From assembly GCA_963695225.1 (NCBI GenBank), contig OY968762.1, forward strand, positions 2,624,001 through 2,688,000: DNA of 64,000 nucleotides, in the 5' to 3' direction. This stretch comes from Vulcanimicrobiota bacterium. GTDB taxonomy: Bacteria; Vulcanimicrobiota; Vulcanimicrobiia; Vulcanimicrobiales; Vulcanimicrobiaceae. Numbering within the stretch: the stretch's first letter is position 1; every line of letters starts with the position of its first letter. The position numbers and the translations under genes are program-made. The notes under the pieces are model-generated. The model ran no database searches. It was not told where the DNA came from and saw nothing but the letters and a program-made list of their open reading frames with translations. Positions 29,766 to 39,793 of this stretch are shown here, one piece after another.

Positions 29766-30781
29766 GCGCGAGCGCCGGCGTTCTCGGGGGCGTGCTCGGG
29801 TTCGTAGCCCTCGACGTAGAGGCGCCGGATGATCGATTCCAGCTCCGGCTCCTCGATCGAGATGTCGCTGACGCAGTACGCATCCGCGACGCGGCGGATC
29901 AAATGCTCGGCGCTCTGCGTGCGACGGTCGAAACGCAGGCGGATCTGATTGCCTAGGCGGGATTCGATCTCGATCCCCTCGAGCGCGAAATCCGGCGCGT
30001 CTTCGCACAACTCGACGACGAGCGTGCGATGCGTCCCGTACCGCTCCTTGAGGCTCTCGATCTCGCCGTCGTAGACGAGCTTCCCTTCGTCGATGAGGAC
30101 GATCCGCCGGCAGAGGCGCTCGACGTCGCGCAGATCGTGCGTCGTGAGGATCACGGTCGTGCCGCGCTCGCGATTGATCTCGGCGACGAACGAGCGGATC
30201 GCCTCCTTCGCGACGACGTCGAGCCCGATCGTCGGCTCGTCCAAGTAGACGATGCGCGGATCGTGCAGCATGGCGGCGGCGAAATCGCCGCGCATCCGTT
30301 GCCCGAGCGAGAGTTGGCGCACCGGCGTCTGCAGGAAGCCGCCCATCTCGAGACGCTCGGTGAATTCGGCCATAGTCCGCTTGTAGCGCTCTTGCGGAAC
30401 GTTGTAGATTGCGCGCAGCAGTTCGAACGATTCGATCAGCGCGAGATCCCAATACAACTGGCTGCGCTGGCCGAATACGACGCCGATGTTCCGTGCGTTG
30501 GCCGTGCGCCGTTCGCTCGGGACGAGGCCCGCGACGCGGATCAGGCCGGAGGTCGGGACGAGGATCCCGGTCAGCATCTTGATCGTCGTCGACTTCCCCG
30601 CCCCGTTCGGGCCGATGTAGCCGACGAGTTCCCCGGCTTCGAGGGACATCGTGATCCCCTCGACCGCCGCCTTCTCGACGTAGTCCCGCGAGAAGAGCGT
30701 CCGCAGCGCCCCGAGCGGGCCGGGAGCGCGCTTGACGGAGCGAAAGACCTTGCGCAGATCGCGGGTCTCGATGATCGGCAT
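29762..30781 (-). CDS. ABC transporter ATP-binding protein
   Basis: GPNGAGKST, LSLGQRMR, YLDEPT, TTHD motifs. Confidence 0.95.
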   Translation of the reverse strand: MPIIETRDLRKVFRSVKRAPGPLGALRTLFSRDYVEKAAVEGITMSLEAGELVGYIGPNGAGKSTTIKMLTGILVPTSGLIRVAGLVPSERRTANARNIGVVFGQRSQLYWDLALIESFELLRAIYNVPQERYKRTMAEFTERLEMGGFLQTPVRQLSLGQRMRGDFAAAMLHDPRIVYLDEPTIGLDVVAKEAIRSFVAEINRERGTTVILTTHDLRDVERLCRRIVLIDEGKLVYDGEIESLKERYGTHRTLVVELCEDAPDFALEGIEIESRLGNQIRLRFDRRTQSAEHLIRRVADAYCVSDISIEEPELESIIRRLYVEGYEPEHAPENAGARA

Positions 30782-30870
30782 ATTCCCGCCAACCGTTCGC
30801 GCGCTCGGCCGGGTTTCGCTGCCCGCCGCCGGGGAAGGGGCCGCGCACGCCCGGCGCGGAAGCGGCCGTC

Positions 30871-31305
30871 ATGACGTTTCTAGGGTACGACCACGTCGAC
30901 GCGCGGGTCCCCTCGATCGCGCGCGTCGAGCCTTTCTACGACCGTCTCATGCCGGAACTCTATCTTCCGGAGAAGCGCTACGCGTACGTCGACGCTTCCG
31001 GCGAGTGGCATGATGCCTCGGATGCGCGTCCGTACAACGCGGTCGAGTATCACGAGGAAACGCGCTTCTCGGCTGGGCGCGCCTCGTTCTTCATCGGCAT
31101 CATCGAGGACGCGGCGATGGTCCCGACCTCGACGCGCATCGCCTTCCGCATCCCGTCCGCGGCGGACTTGATTCATTGGCACGCGATGCTGCTCGCGATC
31201 GGCGCGCACGCGGTCGAATGGTCCGAAGGCGAAGAGTATCCGGCGATCTTTTTCGAAGATCCCTGCGGCACGAAGCTCGAGGTCTGCGCGCGGTTGCCTC
31301 GGTAG
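30871..31305 (+). CDS. VOC/glyoxalase family protein
   Basis: DHVD.RV, RIAF, YPAIFFEDPCGTKLEV motifs. Confidence 0.85.
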   Translation: MTFLGYDHVDARVPSIARVEPFYDRLMPELYLPEKRYAYVDASGEWHDASDARPYNAVEYHEETRFSAGRASFFIGIIEDAAMVPTSTRIAFRIPSAADLIHWHAMLLAIGAHAVEWSEGEEYPAIFFEDPCGTKLEVCARLPR

Positions 31306-31533
31306 CGCGCGAGCGACGAACGTCATCGCATTTCGCGGCCTTCGGCAATACGCTTGAACCGTATCGCGGCGCGCGTCGCGTTGCGGCTCGCCTTGCGTTT
31401 CGCCAAAAGTCGCACGGCGGCATGCGAGAGTCGAAAATAGCATGTAGATGTATCTCGCAACGAAATATCCGGCGCGCATCAGTTCGAAAAGCGGGTACAA
31501 AGGGCGGCATTGGATGCGCGAAAGGGAGAATAG

Positions 31534-32109
31534 ATGACCAAGATTCGGGATGCGATCTCGGTGCGCTGCCCCGTGCGGAGCGCTCCGGGATATTTGTCCG
31601 CCTACTTCGATCGCCAGGGCGAGGGAGAAGCGGGCGTGACGCTGACGCTGCATCTCACGATCGTGGACGTCAAGCTCGATCGTGAGGTCGTCGCGACGCT
31701 CACGACGCCGAAGGGCGCCTGGCCGCAGAACCGCTTCGAGTTCACGTGGGGTCCGAAGGCCGGCGGCGCGTATCCGACGTTCGAGGGGCATCTGGATGTC
31801 GAAGACGACGGCCCGGCGCGCTGCCGCCTCGTGTTGACCGGTTCGTACCAGCCGCCCTACGGGATCGCGGGAAAAGCTTTCGATGCGGCGCTCGGTAAGC
31901 GCATCGCCGTTGCAACGATCCGCGAGTTGCTGGACACGTTGAGGAACGAAATCGAGGCCGCCTATCACGTCGAGTACGCCGGCAACAACGCTTCCGCGAG
32001 GACGGGCGCTCCGAGTTCGCCGAAAGCGGAGCCCGCCGCCGCCATCGATCCCGACCGCATCCTGGACGCGCTCTACGGGACCCCCGCCGCCAAACTCGAC
32101 GAGGCGTAA
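31534..32109 (+). CDS. Hypothetical protein (SRPBCC-like fold possible)
   Basis: AGGGAG SD; YPTFEG.L...LTGSY.PP.G..G..FD pattern. Confidence 0.7.
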   Translation: MTKIRDAISVRCPVRSAPGYLSAYFDRQGEGEAGVTLTLHLTIVDVKLDREVVATLTTPKGAWPQNRFEFTWGPKAGGAYPTFEGHLDVEDDGPARCRLVLTGSYQPPYGIAGKAFDAALGKRIAVATIRELLDTLRNEIEAAYHVEYAGNNASARTGAPSSPKAEPAAAIDPDRILDALYGTPAAKLDEA

Positions 32110-32125
32110 CGCCGGCCTAGCCGCC

Positions 32126-32728
32126 ATGCAACCGCAGATCGATGCAAGCGCGGACGTCCGGGATTCACGCCTCGGCGCTTGGGCGAGCGTCGGTCCGCGG
32201 ACGACGATCGTCGAATCAACCTTCGGCGATTACTCGTACGCCGCGAACGACGCGAACGTGATCTACAGCGAGATCGGGAAGTTCTGCTCGATCGCGGCGT
32301 TCGCGCGGATCAACCCCGGTAACCATCCGCTCGAGCGGGCGGCGCTGCATCACTTCACCTATCGCAGCCGCTCCTATGGGCTCGCGGACGACGACGATCT
32401 CGACTTCTTCGAGCGGCGCCGCGCGAGCAAGGTCACGCTCGGGCACGATGTGTGGATCGGCCACGGCGCGATCGTCCTGCCCGGCGTGAAGGTCGGCATC
32501 GGCGCCGCGATCGGCGCGGGCGCCGTCGTCAGCAAGGACGTCCCGGCTTTCTCCGTGGTCGCGGGCGTACCGGCGAAGATCATCCGCTACCGCTTCGACG
32601 AAGCCGCGCGGGACGGCTTGCTCGAGCTCGCGTGGTGGGATTGGCCGCGCGAACGGCTCGCCGCCGCGCTTCCCGACTTCCGTGCGCTCGACGTGTCGGC
32701 GTTCATCGCGAAGTACGGCGGCCTGTGA
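32126..32728 (+). CDS. Hexapeptide-repeat acetyltransferase (CatB/phosphonate-associated type)
   Basis: IGKFCSIA, NPGNHP, GHDVWIGHGAIVLPGV, VAGVPAKIIRYRF, WWDW motifs. Confidence 0.9.
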   Translation: MQPQIDASADVRDSRLGAWASVGPRTTIVESTFGDYSYAANDANVIYSEIGKFCSIAAFARINPGNHPLERAALHHFTYRSRSYGLADDDDLDFFERRRASKVTLGHDVWIGHGAIVLPGVKVGIGAAIGAGAVVSKDVPAFSVVAGVPAKIIRYRFDEAARDGLLELAWWDWPRERLAAALPDFRALDVSAFIAKYGGL

Positions 32729-32737
32729 CGTCACGCG

Positions 32738-33211
32738 CTACACGGTGACGCCTTGAAGATCGCTGCCGCTGACGTAGAGCGCCGCGATCTGCTCGAACAG
32801 CGCGCGCTCGGCTGGGCCGAAGCGTGCGAGCTGCGGGCTGTCGACGTCGAGCACGCCGACGAGTTCCCCGCCGGAGAGAAGTGGGACGACGATCTCCGAG
32901 CGCGAGGCGGCGTCGCAAGCGATGTGCCCCGGGAAGGCGTGCACGTCGTCGACGACGATCGTGCGGCGCTCGGCGGCCGCGGTCCCGCAGACGCCGCGCC
33001 CGAGTGCGATCCGAACGCAGGCGGGTTTTCCTTGGAAGGGCCCGAGCACGAGCTCGCCGCCGCGCAAGAAGTAGAAGCCGGCCCAATTGAGCGCCGGGCA
33101 GCCGTGGTAGAGCGCGGCCGCGAGGTTCGCCGCGTTCGCGACCGGATCGCGCTCGCCGGCGATCAGCGCCGCCGCGCTTTCGACGTCGAGGAGCTCCGCG
33201 AAATCATGCAT
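32738..33211 (-). CDS. msrC: GAF-domain free methionine-R-sulfoxide reductase
   Basis: NWAGFY, LGPFQGKPAC, GVCG, FPGHIACD, SEIVVP, LDVDS motifs. Confidence 0.9.
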   Translation of the reverse strand: MHDFAELLDVESAAALIAGERDPVANAANLAAALYHGCPALNWAGFYFLRGGELVLGPFQGKPACVRIALGRGVCGTAAAERRTIVVDDVHAFPGHIACDAASRSEIVVPLLSGGELVGVLDVDSPQLARFGPAERALFEQIAALYVSGSDLQGVTV

Positions 33212-33277
33212 CGCCGCGAACGCTTCGCCGCCCGAGTCGCGCGGACCGCCGCTCGAAATCGCGCGGACCGGCGCGGC

Positions 33278-34114
33278 TCAGATCGCGAGCGCGGGGGCCG
33301 GAATGTTCGCGGGGCGGACGTAGTCGGCGCCGAGCAAGCCGAAAAGTTCGCGTTCGGGGATCGGGGTGGGGAGCGTGAGCGGGACGCCGCGGAGCATCCG
33401 CTCCGCGAGCTCGACCCACGGCGCGCCGAGCTCGCCGCTCGGATCTTGTTCGAAGACGGTCTGCGCCGTGAGGCGCGATTTGCGGACGCCGTCGTTTTCG
33501 GGGATGCACGTCAGGCAGACGCTCCCGATCCGCTCGGCGAACGGGCCGACGAGCTCGGCATTGCTCGCGCGATTCGCGACGATCCCGGCGAGCATGCCGC
33601 CGCCGGTCTTCTGCTTGATCGTGATCGCGGTCGCGATCCGGTTCGCGGCGAAGATCGAATCGAAATCGTTCGTGGCGACGATGATCACTTGCTCGGAATG
33701 CTGCAGCGGGGCCGAGAAGCCGCCGCAGACGACGTCGCCGAGGACGTCGAACACCATCACGTCATAGCTCTTGTAGACGCCGAATTTTTCGAGCAGCTTG
33801 ACGGTTTCCCCGACGACGTACCCGCCGCAGCCCGCGCCCGCCGGCGGCCCGCCCGCCTCGACGCAATCGACGCCGAACTTTCCGGCGACGATGATCTCCT
33901 CGCGCTCGATCTCGTCGGTCTTGAACTTGTAGGACGAGAGAACTTCGACCACGGTCGGGATCAGGTAGCCCGTCAGCGTGAACGTCGAGTCATGCTTGGG
34001 GTCGCAGCCTACCTGGATCGTCTTCTGGCCCAAGCGCCCGAATGCGGCGGACAGATTCGATGAGAACGTGCTCTTGCCGATTCCACCCTTGCCGTAAACC
34101 GCGATCTTGAGCAT
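33278..34114 (-). CDS. bchL: Light-independent protochlorophyllide reductase ATP-binding subunit L
   Basis: [61 protein letters not shown]: BchL/ChlL rather than NifH or BchX. Confidence 0.95.
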   Translation of the reverse strand: MLKIAVYGKGGIGKSTFSSNLSAAFGRLGQKTIQVGCDPKHDSTFTLTGYLIPTVVEVLSSYKFKTDEIEREEIIVAGKFGVDCVEAGGPPAGAGCGGYVVGETVKLLEKFGVYKSYDVMVFDVLGDVVCGGFSAPLQHSEQVIIVATNDFDSIFAANRIATAITIKQKTGGGMLAGIVANRASNAELVGPFAERIGSVCLTCIPENDGVRKSRLTAQTVFEQDPSGELGAPWVELAERMLRGVPLTLPTPIPERELFGLLGADYVRPANIPAPALAI

Positions 34115-34182
34115 GCAGTTCCCCTCCGAGGCTGAGCTTGTCGGCCTGTTCCCAAGGCTACCCGCCCTCGCCTGCGGCCACG

Positions 34183-34196
34183 GTGATGACTATCAC
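34183..34196. promoter_or_regulatory. Crp/Fnr-type palindrome upstream of bchL
   Basis: GTGATGACTATCAC (extends to ACGGTGAT..ATCACCGT); 22 nt from minus-strand TAGCCT at 34155-34160. Confidence 0.85.
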
Positions 34197-34211
34197 CGTC
34201 CCGGCCGGGCT

Positions 34212-34700
34212 CTACAGCGGCCAGACGGCGTTGAGGCCGGAATACAGGGCGTTTTGACGGCGCGCCCAGGCTTTCGCGATATCGTACATATCGCCGCGCG
34301 CCCCGGAGGCCAAGTTCGTCGTCCCCTGGTAGCGGTGCAGGGCGTCCGCGCCGACCACGGGCACGAGCGCTCTGATCGTGTCTCGATCGATCTCGACGCG
34401 GATGGAGCAATCGCCGTTCGTTTCCTCGACGGCGACGTAGACGAAGCAGTCGAGTTCGTCGTTCTTGTTGAGGTCGATGAGCGCTGAGGCCACGGCGGGT
34501 GGAAGATCGGAGATGATCGACGTCGCGAGCTTGTAGCAGACCGGTTCCCGAACGTTCGGGTCGCGTTCGACCAAGGTGACCGATGTTAGGTCGCTGACCC
34601 CTTTGGTCTGGTCCACGTAACGCGCCAAGGCGTCGATCAGGTTCTCGCCCTCGATCGTGGCGCCGTCGTTGTCGCGCGTGCTGATGCGATAGGTGTTCAT
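34212..34700 (-). CDS. Hypothetical protein (162 aa)
   Basis: ATG 34700 with GAGGAAGG SD-like sequence; host-like codon usage; no recognised domain. Confidence 0.65.
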   Translation of the reverse strand: MNTYRISTRDNDGATIEGENLIDALARYVDQTKGVSDLTSVTLVERDPNVREPVCYKLATSIISDLPPAVASALIDLNKNDELDCFVYVAVEETNGDCSIRVEIDRDTIRALVPVVGADALHRYQGTTNLASGARGDMYDIAKAWARRQNALYSGLNAVWPL

Positions 34701-34842
34701 ACGTGCGGCCTTCCTCGCTCGCGTCTCTTTCGTGGCCGAGCTTGCGACGGCATCCTCGGCCTCACCCTCCGGCGGGCGCCGGGCGCCGCGAAGAAAGTAT
34801 CCGTGCTCCGGCTCCGGAACGTGCGGGGATGGAGCCGAAGGG

Positions 34843-35454
34843 ATGATCGTCACGATCGCTCGCCAGTACGGGAGCGCCGCCCTCTCGGTCGGCCGGATCG
34901 TCGCGGAGCAACTCGGCGCGGCGCTCGTCCACGACGAGCTGCCGACGGTCGTCGCGACCCGCCTCGGGATCACGCGCGAGGCGGCGGAGTCGGTCGGGGC
35001 GCGCCCGCCGCATTTCGCCGAGCGAATCCTGCGCGGCCTCGCCGCCGGGACGCCGGAGGCCCTCCAGGATTCCCCGCCCGAGGAAATCGACGCGGCCTAC
35101 GTCCGCGAGATCGAGCGGGCCGTCCGGGAGCGGGCAGCCCTCGGCCCCTGCGTCATCCTAGGGCGCGCCGCCGGGCGCGTTCTCCGCGGCCGCCAGGACC
35201 TCGTGACGGTCTTCCTTCACGCTCCGCTGCCCTGGCGCGTCGCGCGCGTGATGGATTCGCTCGGCTGCAACGAACGCACCGCGCGCTCCGAGATCGCGCG
35301 CGTCGACGCTGCTCGCGCTCAATACACGCGCGAGCGATACGGGGCCGACTGGCGCGATGCCGCCGGGTATACGCTCGCGCTCGACGTCGCCGCCTGCGGC
35401 ATCGAAGGATCCGCCCGCTTGATCGTGCAGACGGCACAGGCATCGGCCCGTTGA
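34843..35454 (+). CDS. Cytidylate kinase-like family protein
   Basis: MIVTIARQYGS, VILGRAA, VFLHAP..WR, D..R..Y motifs. Confidence 0.85.
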   Translation: MIVTIARQYGSAALSVGRIVAEQLGAALVHDELPTVVATRLGITREAAESVGARPPHFAERILRGLAAGTPEALQDSPPEEIDAAYVREIERAVRERAALGPCVILGRAAGRVLRGRQDLVTVFLHAPLPWRVARVMDSLGCNERTARSEIARVDAARAQYTRERYGADWRDAAGYTLALDVAACGIEGSARLIVQTAQASAR

Positions 35455-36710
35455 TTTCGCGCGAAGCGCCCGCCGGGACCGAGCCGCGCGTCCCCAAGCG
35501 CGCGGGCCTGTGGGCACCGTTCGGATTTCGCGATTTCAGGCTCTTGTGGTCCGGGCTGCTCGTTTCGAACGTCGGCACCTGGATGCAGATCACGACGCTC
35601 GGCTACTTCGTCGTGCACCTGGCGGCGACGCCGGCGCTCGCCTCCCTGTACACGGGCCTGCTCGGGCTCTCCGTCGCGATCCCCGTCTTCACGCTCTCGC
35701 CGCTCGCGGGGGCGATCGCCGATCGAGTCCCGCGCCGTCGCATCCTCCTCGTGACGAACGCGGTCCTCGTAGCCGTGGCGCTCGCGCTGGCAGTGCTCTC
35801 GACCTCCGGGCGGCTCACGCTCGCGCTCGTCCTGGGGATCTCCGTCGTACGCGCGGCGGCTGCCGCGTTCGATTCGCCGGCGCGGCAGAGTTGGGTTTCG
35901 TTGATCGTCCCGCGCGAGAGTCTGGGGAGCGCGATCGGCTTGAACTCGATCGCCTTCAACGCGCCGAGCGTCGTCGGCCCGCCGATCGCGGGCCTGCTGA
36001 TCATCTGGACGGGCGTCGGCTCGGCATTTTACGTGAACGCGATCTCGACGCTCGCCGTGATTGCGGCGGTCTTTGCGATGCGCCCGGTCCCGCCCTCGAC
36101 GACGAAGCGCGAGCCCGTGCTGCGCTCGATCTGGGCAGGCATCACGTTTTTGGCGACGCATCGCATCCTGCGTTCGGTCGTGATCGTGCTGCTCGCGACC
36201 TCCGCGCTCGTGCGGCCCTACGCGCAGATGCTGCCGGCCTACGCGGCGCACGTCGTGCACGTGGACGCGCGCGGCCTCGGCTGGCTGCTCGCCTCCAGCG
36301 GCTCCGGCGCCATCCTCGGTTCGCTCCTGACGGCGATCGTCGGCTCGCGAAAACGCGGGACGATCTGGTTCGCGAGCGCCGTCGCGATGTCGCTCGCGGC
36401 GATCGCGCTCGGCGCAACCCGCTCCTTCGGGGGTGCGGTTCTCATTCTCATCGTGATGGGGATGTCGGTCATGAGCTTCGCAGGCAGCTCGAACGTGCTC
36501 TTGCAAACGCTCGCGCCGGACGAGATGCGCGGCCGCGCGCTTTCGGTCTTCTCGATGGTCATTCTCGGCCTCGTTCCGCTGGGCGCCCTGATTCTCGGGA
36601 CGCTCGGGTCGATGTTCGGCCTCTCCGGCGCGACGCTCGGCGGGGGCCTCGTCGCACTGGCGATCGCGCTGTTCGCGTTCGCTCGGAACCCCGAGCTGCG
36701 CTCCGTTTAG
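35451..36710 (+). CDS. MFS transporter
   Basis: RDFRLLWSG, GAIADRVPRRR, PARQS, PDEMRGRALS motifs; about 12 TM; TTG start overlaps upstream stop. Confidence 0.92.
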   Translation: MISREAPAGTEPRVPKRAGLWAPFGFRDFRLLWSGLLVSNVGTWMQITTLGYFVVHLAATPALASLYTGLLGLSVAIPVFTLSPLAGAIADRVPRRRILLVTNAVLVAVALALAVLSTSGRLTLALVLGISVVRAAAAAFDSPARQSWVSLIVPRESLGSAIGLNSIAFNAPSVVGPPIAGLLIIWTGVGSAFYVNAISTLAVIAAVFAMRPVPPSTTKREPVLRSIWAGITFLATHRILRSVVIVLLATSALVRPYAQMLPAYAAHVVHVDARGLGWLLASSGSGAILGSLLTAIVGSRKRGTIWFASAVAMSLAAIALGATRSFGGAVLILIVMGMSVMSFAGSSNVLLQTLAPDEMRGRALSVFSMVILGLVPLGALILGTLGSMFGLSGATLGGGLVALAIALFAFARNPELRSV

Positions 36711-36713
36711 CGG

Positions 36714-38312
36714 ATGCAGCGCGACACGATCGTCTTCTGGTTGCTGCTCGCGACCGCCGTCTTGGCGGTTGCGGCGAAGCGCTTGCGCCTGCCGTACCCG
36801 ATCGCGTTCGTCATCGGCGGCATCGTGCTCGCGCTCGTCCCGGGGCTGCCGGACGTCTCGCTCGATGCGAATCTCGTCTTCCTGATCTTCTTGCCGCCGC
36901 TGCTGTTCGGGAACGCATGGACGACGGACTGGCGCGAGTTCAAAGCCAACATCGGACCGATCGGGCTGCTCGCGACGGGGTGCGTGCTCTTCACGACGGC
37001 CGCGGTCGCGTACGTCGCGCATTACTGGATCGGCCTGCCGATCGCGGCCGCGTTCGTGCTCGGCGCGATCGTCTCGCCGCCGGACGCCGTCGCGACGGAG
37101 GCCGTCGCGGAAGATCTCACGCTCCCGCGCCGGATCGTGACGATCCTCAGCGGCGAGAGCCTCATCAACGACGCTTCGGCGCTGGTCATCTATCGCTTCG
37201 CGATCGTCGCGGTCGTCACGGGAGCGTTTTCGTGGGCGGGCGCCGTCGTCCAGTTCTTCTACGTGAGCGTCGTCGGCATCGGGATGGGATTGCTCGTCGG
37301 CTGGATCTTCGTGCGAGCCCAAGAACTCCTCAACGACAAGGGGCTCGCCGACGAGCTGATCGACACGACGTTGACGCTGATCGCTCCGTTCGTGAGCTAT
37401 CTTCCGGCGGAAGCCGTTCACGCTTCGGGCGTGCTCGCAACCGTTGCGAGCGGATTCTACATCAGCCGCCGCGCGCCGATCATCTTGAGTTCGGATTCGC
37501 GCATCGCGGCTTCGAGCGTTTGGAACCTGCTGTTCTTCGTGCTCAACGGCGCGGTGTTCATCTTGATCGGGCTCGAACTGCGCGACATCCTCGCGCGCTT
37601 GACGGCGTATCCGCTCTCGCTGCTCCTAGCGTGGGGATTCGGGATCAGCGTGCTCGTGATCGTCCTGCGGTTCGCCTGGATCTTCCCGGCCGCGTATCTG
37701 CGGCGCGCGATCGTGCGCGCGGTCTTGCGGCGCCCGGTTGAAGCCGCGCCGTGGCAGTGGACCGTCGTCCTCTCATGGGCCGGGATGCGCGGGATCGTCT
37801 CCCTCGCAGCCGCGCTCGCGTTGCCGCAAGTCACGGCTGATGGAGGCCCCTTCCCGGGCCGCGACCTGATCTTGTTCCTTTCGTTTTGCGTCATCGCCGT
37901 CACCCTGATCGGGCAAGGGCTGACGCTCCCCTGGCTGATCAAGACCCTGCGCGTAACGGAGCGGGACCAATCCGTCCGCATGGAGACGGAAGCGCGCATC
38001 TTCGCGCTCACGGCGGCGCGCAAACACATCGCGACGCTCGAGCCGACATTCCAGTCGGTCCAACAGTGGGAGGTCGCCGGGCGGCTCTATGCTGCGTACG
38101 ATCAACGCATCGCGCACTTCGAGGCCCACCTCGACGGCATCCGCGACGACGAGCAGATCGCGTCGGTCAGGATCGAGCACGAGTTGGACCACGAGGCGGT
38201 CGCCGCGGAGCGGAGCGCGCTCTTGGCCTTGCGGCGGGAGGGCAAGATCACGGACGAGATCTACCGCCGCCTCGAATGGGAGGTCGATCTCGCCGAGTCC
38301 CGCCTCAAGTGA
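36714..38312 (+). CDS. Na+/H+ antiporter (CPA1, YjcE/NhaP-like)
   Basis: FLPPLLF, SPPDAVA, GESLINDA, SGVLA, GMRG.VSLAAAL, QGLTL motifs. Confidence 0.95.
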   Translation: MQRDTIVFWLLLATAVLAVAAKRLRLPYPIAFVIGGIVLALVPGLPDVSLDANLVFLIFLPPLLFGNAWTTDWREFKANIGPIGLLATGCVLFTTAAVAYVAHYWIGLPIAAAFVLGAIVSPPDAVATEAVAEDLTLPRRIVTILSGESLINDASALVIYRFAIVAVVTGAFSWAGAVVQFFYVSVVGIGMGLLVGWIFVRAQELLNDKGLADELIDTTLTLIAPFVSYLPAEAVHASGVLATVASGFYISRRAPIILSSDSRIAASSVWNLLFFVLNGAVFILIGLELRDILARLTAYPLSLLLAWGFGISVLVIVLRFAWIFPAAYLRRAIVRAVLRRPVEAAPWQWTVVLSWAGMRGIVSLAAALALPQVTADGGPFPGRDLILFLSFCVIAVTLIGQGLTLPWLIKTLRVTERDQSVRMETEARIFALTAARKHIATLEPTFQSVQQWEVAGRLYAAYDQRIAHFEAHLDGIRDDEQIASVRIEHELDHEAVAAERSALLALRREGKITDEIYRRLEWEVDLAESRLK

Positions 38313-38340
38313 GGGGCGCTTTCCTGCCGAACACCCCAGC

Positions 38341-39552
38341 ATGGGAGTACCCGCCGGCTCGAAGGATGCCGGCCGCCTCGGCGTTCTGGACGGCCTGCGC
38401 GGCATCGCGATTCTGCTGGTGTTGTGGTTTCACGTGTGGCAGCTGTCGTGGCTGCGTGCGGACGTTTCGCTCTTCGGCCGAACGCTGAATTTCAACTGGA
38501 TCCCCGAGACCGGGTTCATCGGGGTCGACCTGTTCTTTTTCATCAGCGGCTTCTGCCTGTTCTATCCCTACGCGCGGACGCTCTTCGACGGCCGGGCCAA
38601 GCAGACGCTCGGCGACTACGCATGGCATCGCGCGCGGAAGATCTTGCCCTCGTACGTGGTCGCGATCGCCGTCCTCGTCGGAATCGGCTTCGCGCAGTTC
38701 GATTCGTGGCAGGAAGCGTTTCGCCACATCGGCCTGCACCTCGCGTTCCTCCACACCTGGTTTCCGGACGCCTACGGATCGATCAACGGCGTCTTCTGGT
38801 CGCTCGGGGTCGAAGTGCAGTTCTATGCGATCTTCCCGCTCTTGTGCTGGGCTGCGATGCGCCTCCCTTGGCCGACGTTCGCAGCGATGTGCCTCGCCGC
38901 CGTAGCGTATCGGACCGGCTTGCACGGGCTCGCCGGCGGGCCGCTCAGCCAGGCCGTCTCGCAAGTTTTCGGAACGCTCGACCTGTTCGCGGCGGGGATG
39001 GCGGCGGCGTACGCCTACCGCCTGATCTCGATCCGGCATCCCAAGCTCGCCGGCAACGCGTGGCTTTGGACGCTCGTCGCGCTCGCGGGCTGCGCCGCAG
39101 CCGAACTCCTTTCGATCGGCCTGTTCAATCGGCGCGCGCTCCCCGATTGGGCGAGCGGCTGGTACGTCCTGGGGCGCACTCCGCTCGCGCTCTCGTTCTT
39201 CGTTCTGACGATCGGATCGCTCTTCGCAGCGAGCTGGTGGAGAGCGCTGCTCGCGAATCCCGCGCTCGCGTTCCTATCGGTCGTTTCCTACAATCTCTAT
39301 CTGTGGCATCCGGTCGTCGCGTCCTATCTCCGCACGCAGCCGATCTTCCCATGGCATGCGACGATGCCGATGGAGGCGCCCGTATCGCAGCGTCTCGCCT
39401 ACGCGCTGCTCGCGATTGCGTGCTCGATCGCCCTCGCCGCAATCCCGACGTTTGCGCTCGAACGCCCCTTGCTGCGCCTACCGTTACCCGCCTTCGGCCG
39501 CCCCCGCGCAAGCGTAGCCGCCGCCCCCAGAACGAGCGTCGAACCAACGTAG
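38341..39552 (+). CDS. Acyltransferase_3 (OafA-like) membrane O-acyltransferase
   Basis: LDGLRGIAILLV..FH, GVDLFFFISGF, WSLGVEVQFY, SYNLYLWH, ERP motifs. Confidence 0.92.
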   Translation: MGVPAGSKDAGRLGVLDGLRGIAILLVLWFHVWQLSWLRADVSLFGRTLNFNWIPETGFIGVDLFFFISGFCLFYPYARTLFDGRAKQTLGDYAWHRARKILPSYVVAIAVLVGIGFAQFDSWQEAFRHIGLHLAFLHTWFPDAYGSINGVFWSLGVEVQFYAIFPLLCWAAMRLPWPTFAAMCLAAVAYRTGLHGLAGGPLSQAVSQVFGTLDLFAAGMAAAYAYRLISIRHPKLAGNAWLWTLVALAGCAAAELLSIGLFNRRALPDWASGWYVLGRTPLALSFFVLTIGSLFAASWWRALLANPALAFLSVVSYNLYLWHPVVASYLRTQPIFPWHATMPMEAPVSQRLAYALLAIACSIALAAIPTFALERPLLRLPLPAFGRPRASVAAAPRTSVEPT

Positions 39553-39622
39553 ACCCACGATCCCCCGCGGAAGCCCTTGGGCACGCTCGCTCGTCGACGC
39601 GCTCAGCGTGAAATTAGAATGC

Positions 39623-39784
39623 AGGTAGCGTCCGGAGCGGGGCGGGGTTTCTCCGCGGGGCGTGCAGCTTGCCCGCGGAGCCACGATGGCGGGAGCGGGC
39701 AAGTGCACGAGTAGCCGTTTCGCATGGATGCGAAACGGCGGGCGTCCCCGCGGAGGAACCCCGCCCCGCTCCGGACGCGGCCCA
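39623..39784 (+). repeat. Structured intergenic repeat, copy B (subfamily 1)
   Basis: Begins AGGTAG; inverted near-copy of 1588-1750 with compensatory stem changes. Confidence 0.85.
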
Positions 39785-39793
39785 CGCTTCTGA

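Noticed and set aside
32126..32728. Chloramphenicol/streptogramin resistance gene
   Set aside because: Generic hexapeptide transferase closer to the phosphonate-associated type; no mobile context
33278..34114. nifH or bchX
   Set aside because: [10 protein letters not shown] and [11 protein letters not shown] are BchL/ChlL signatures, and cognate bchN/bchB are present
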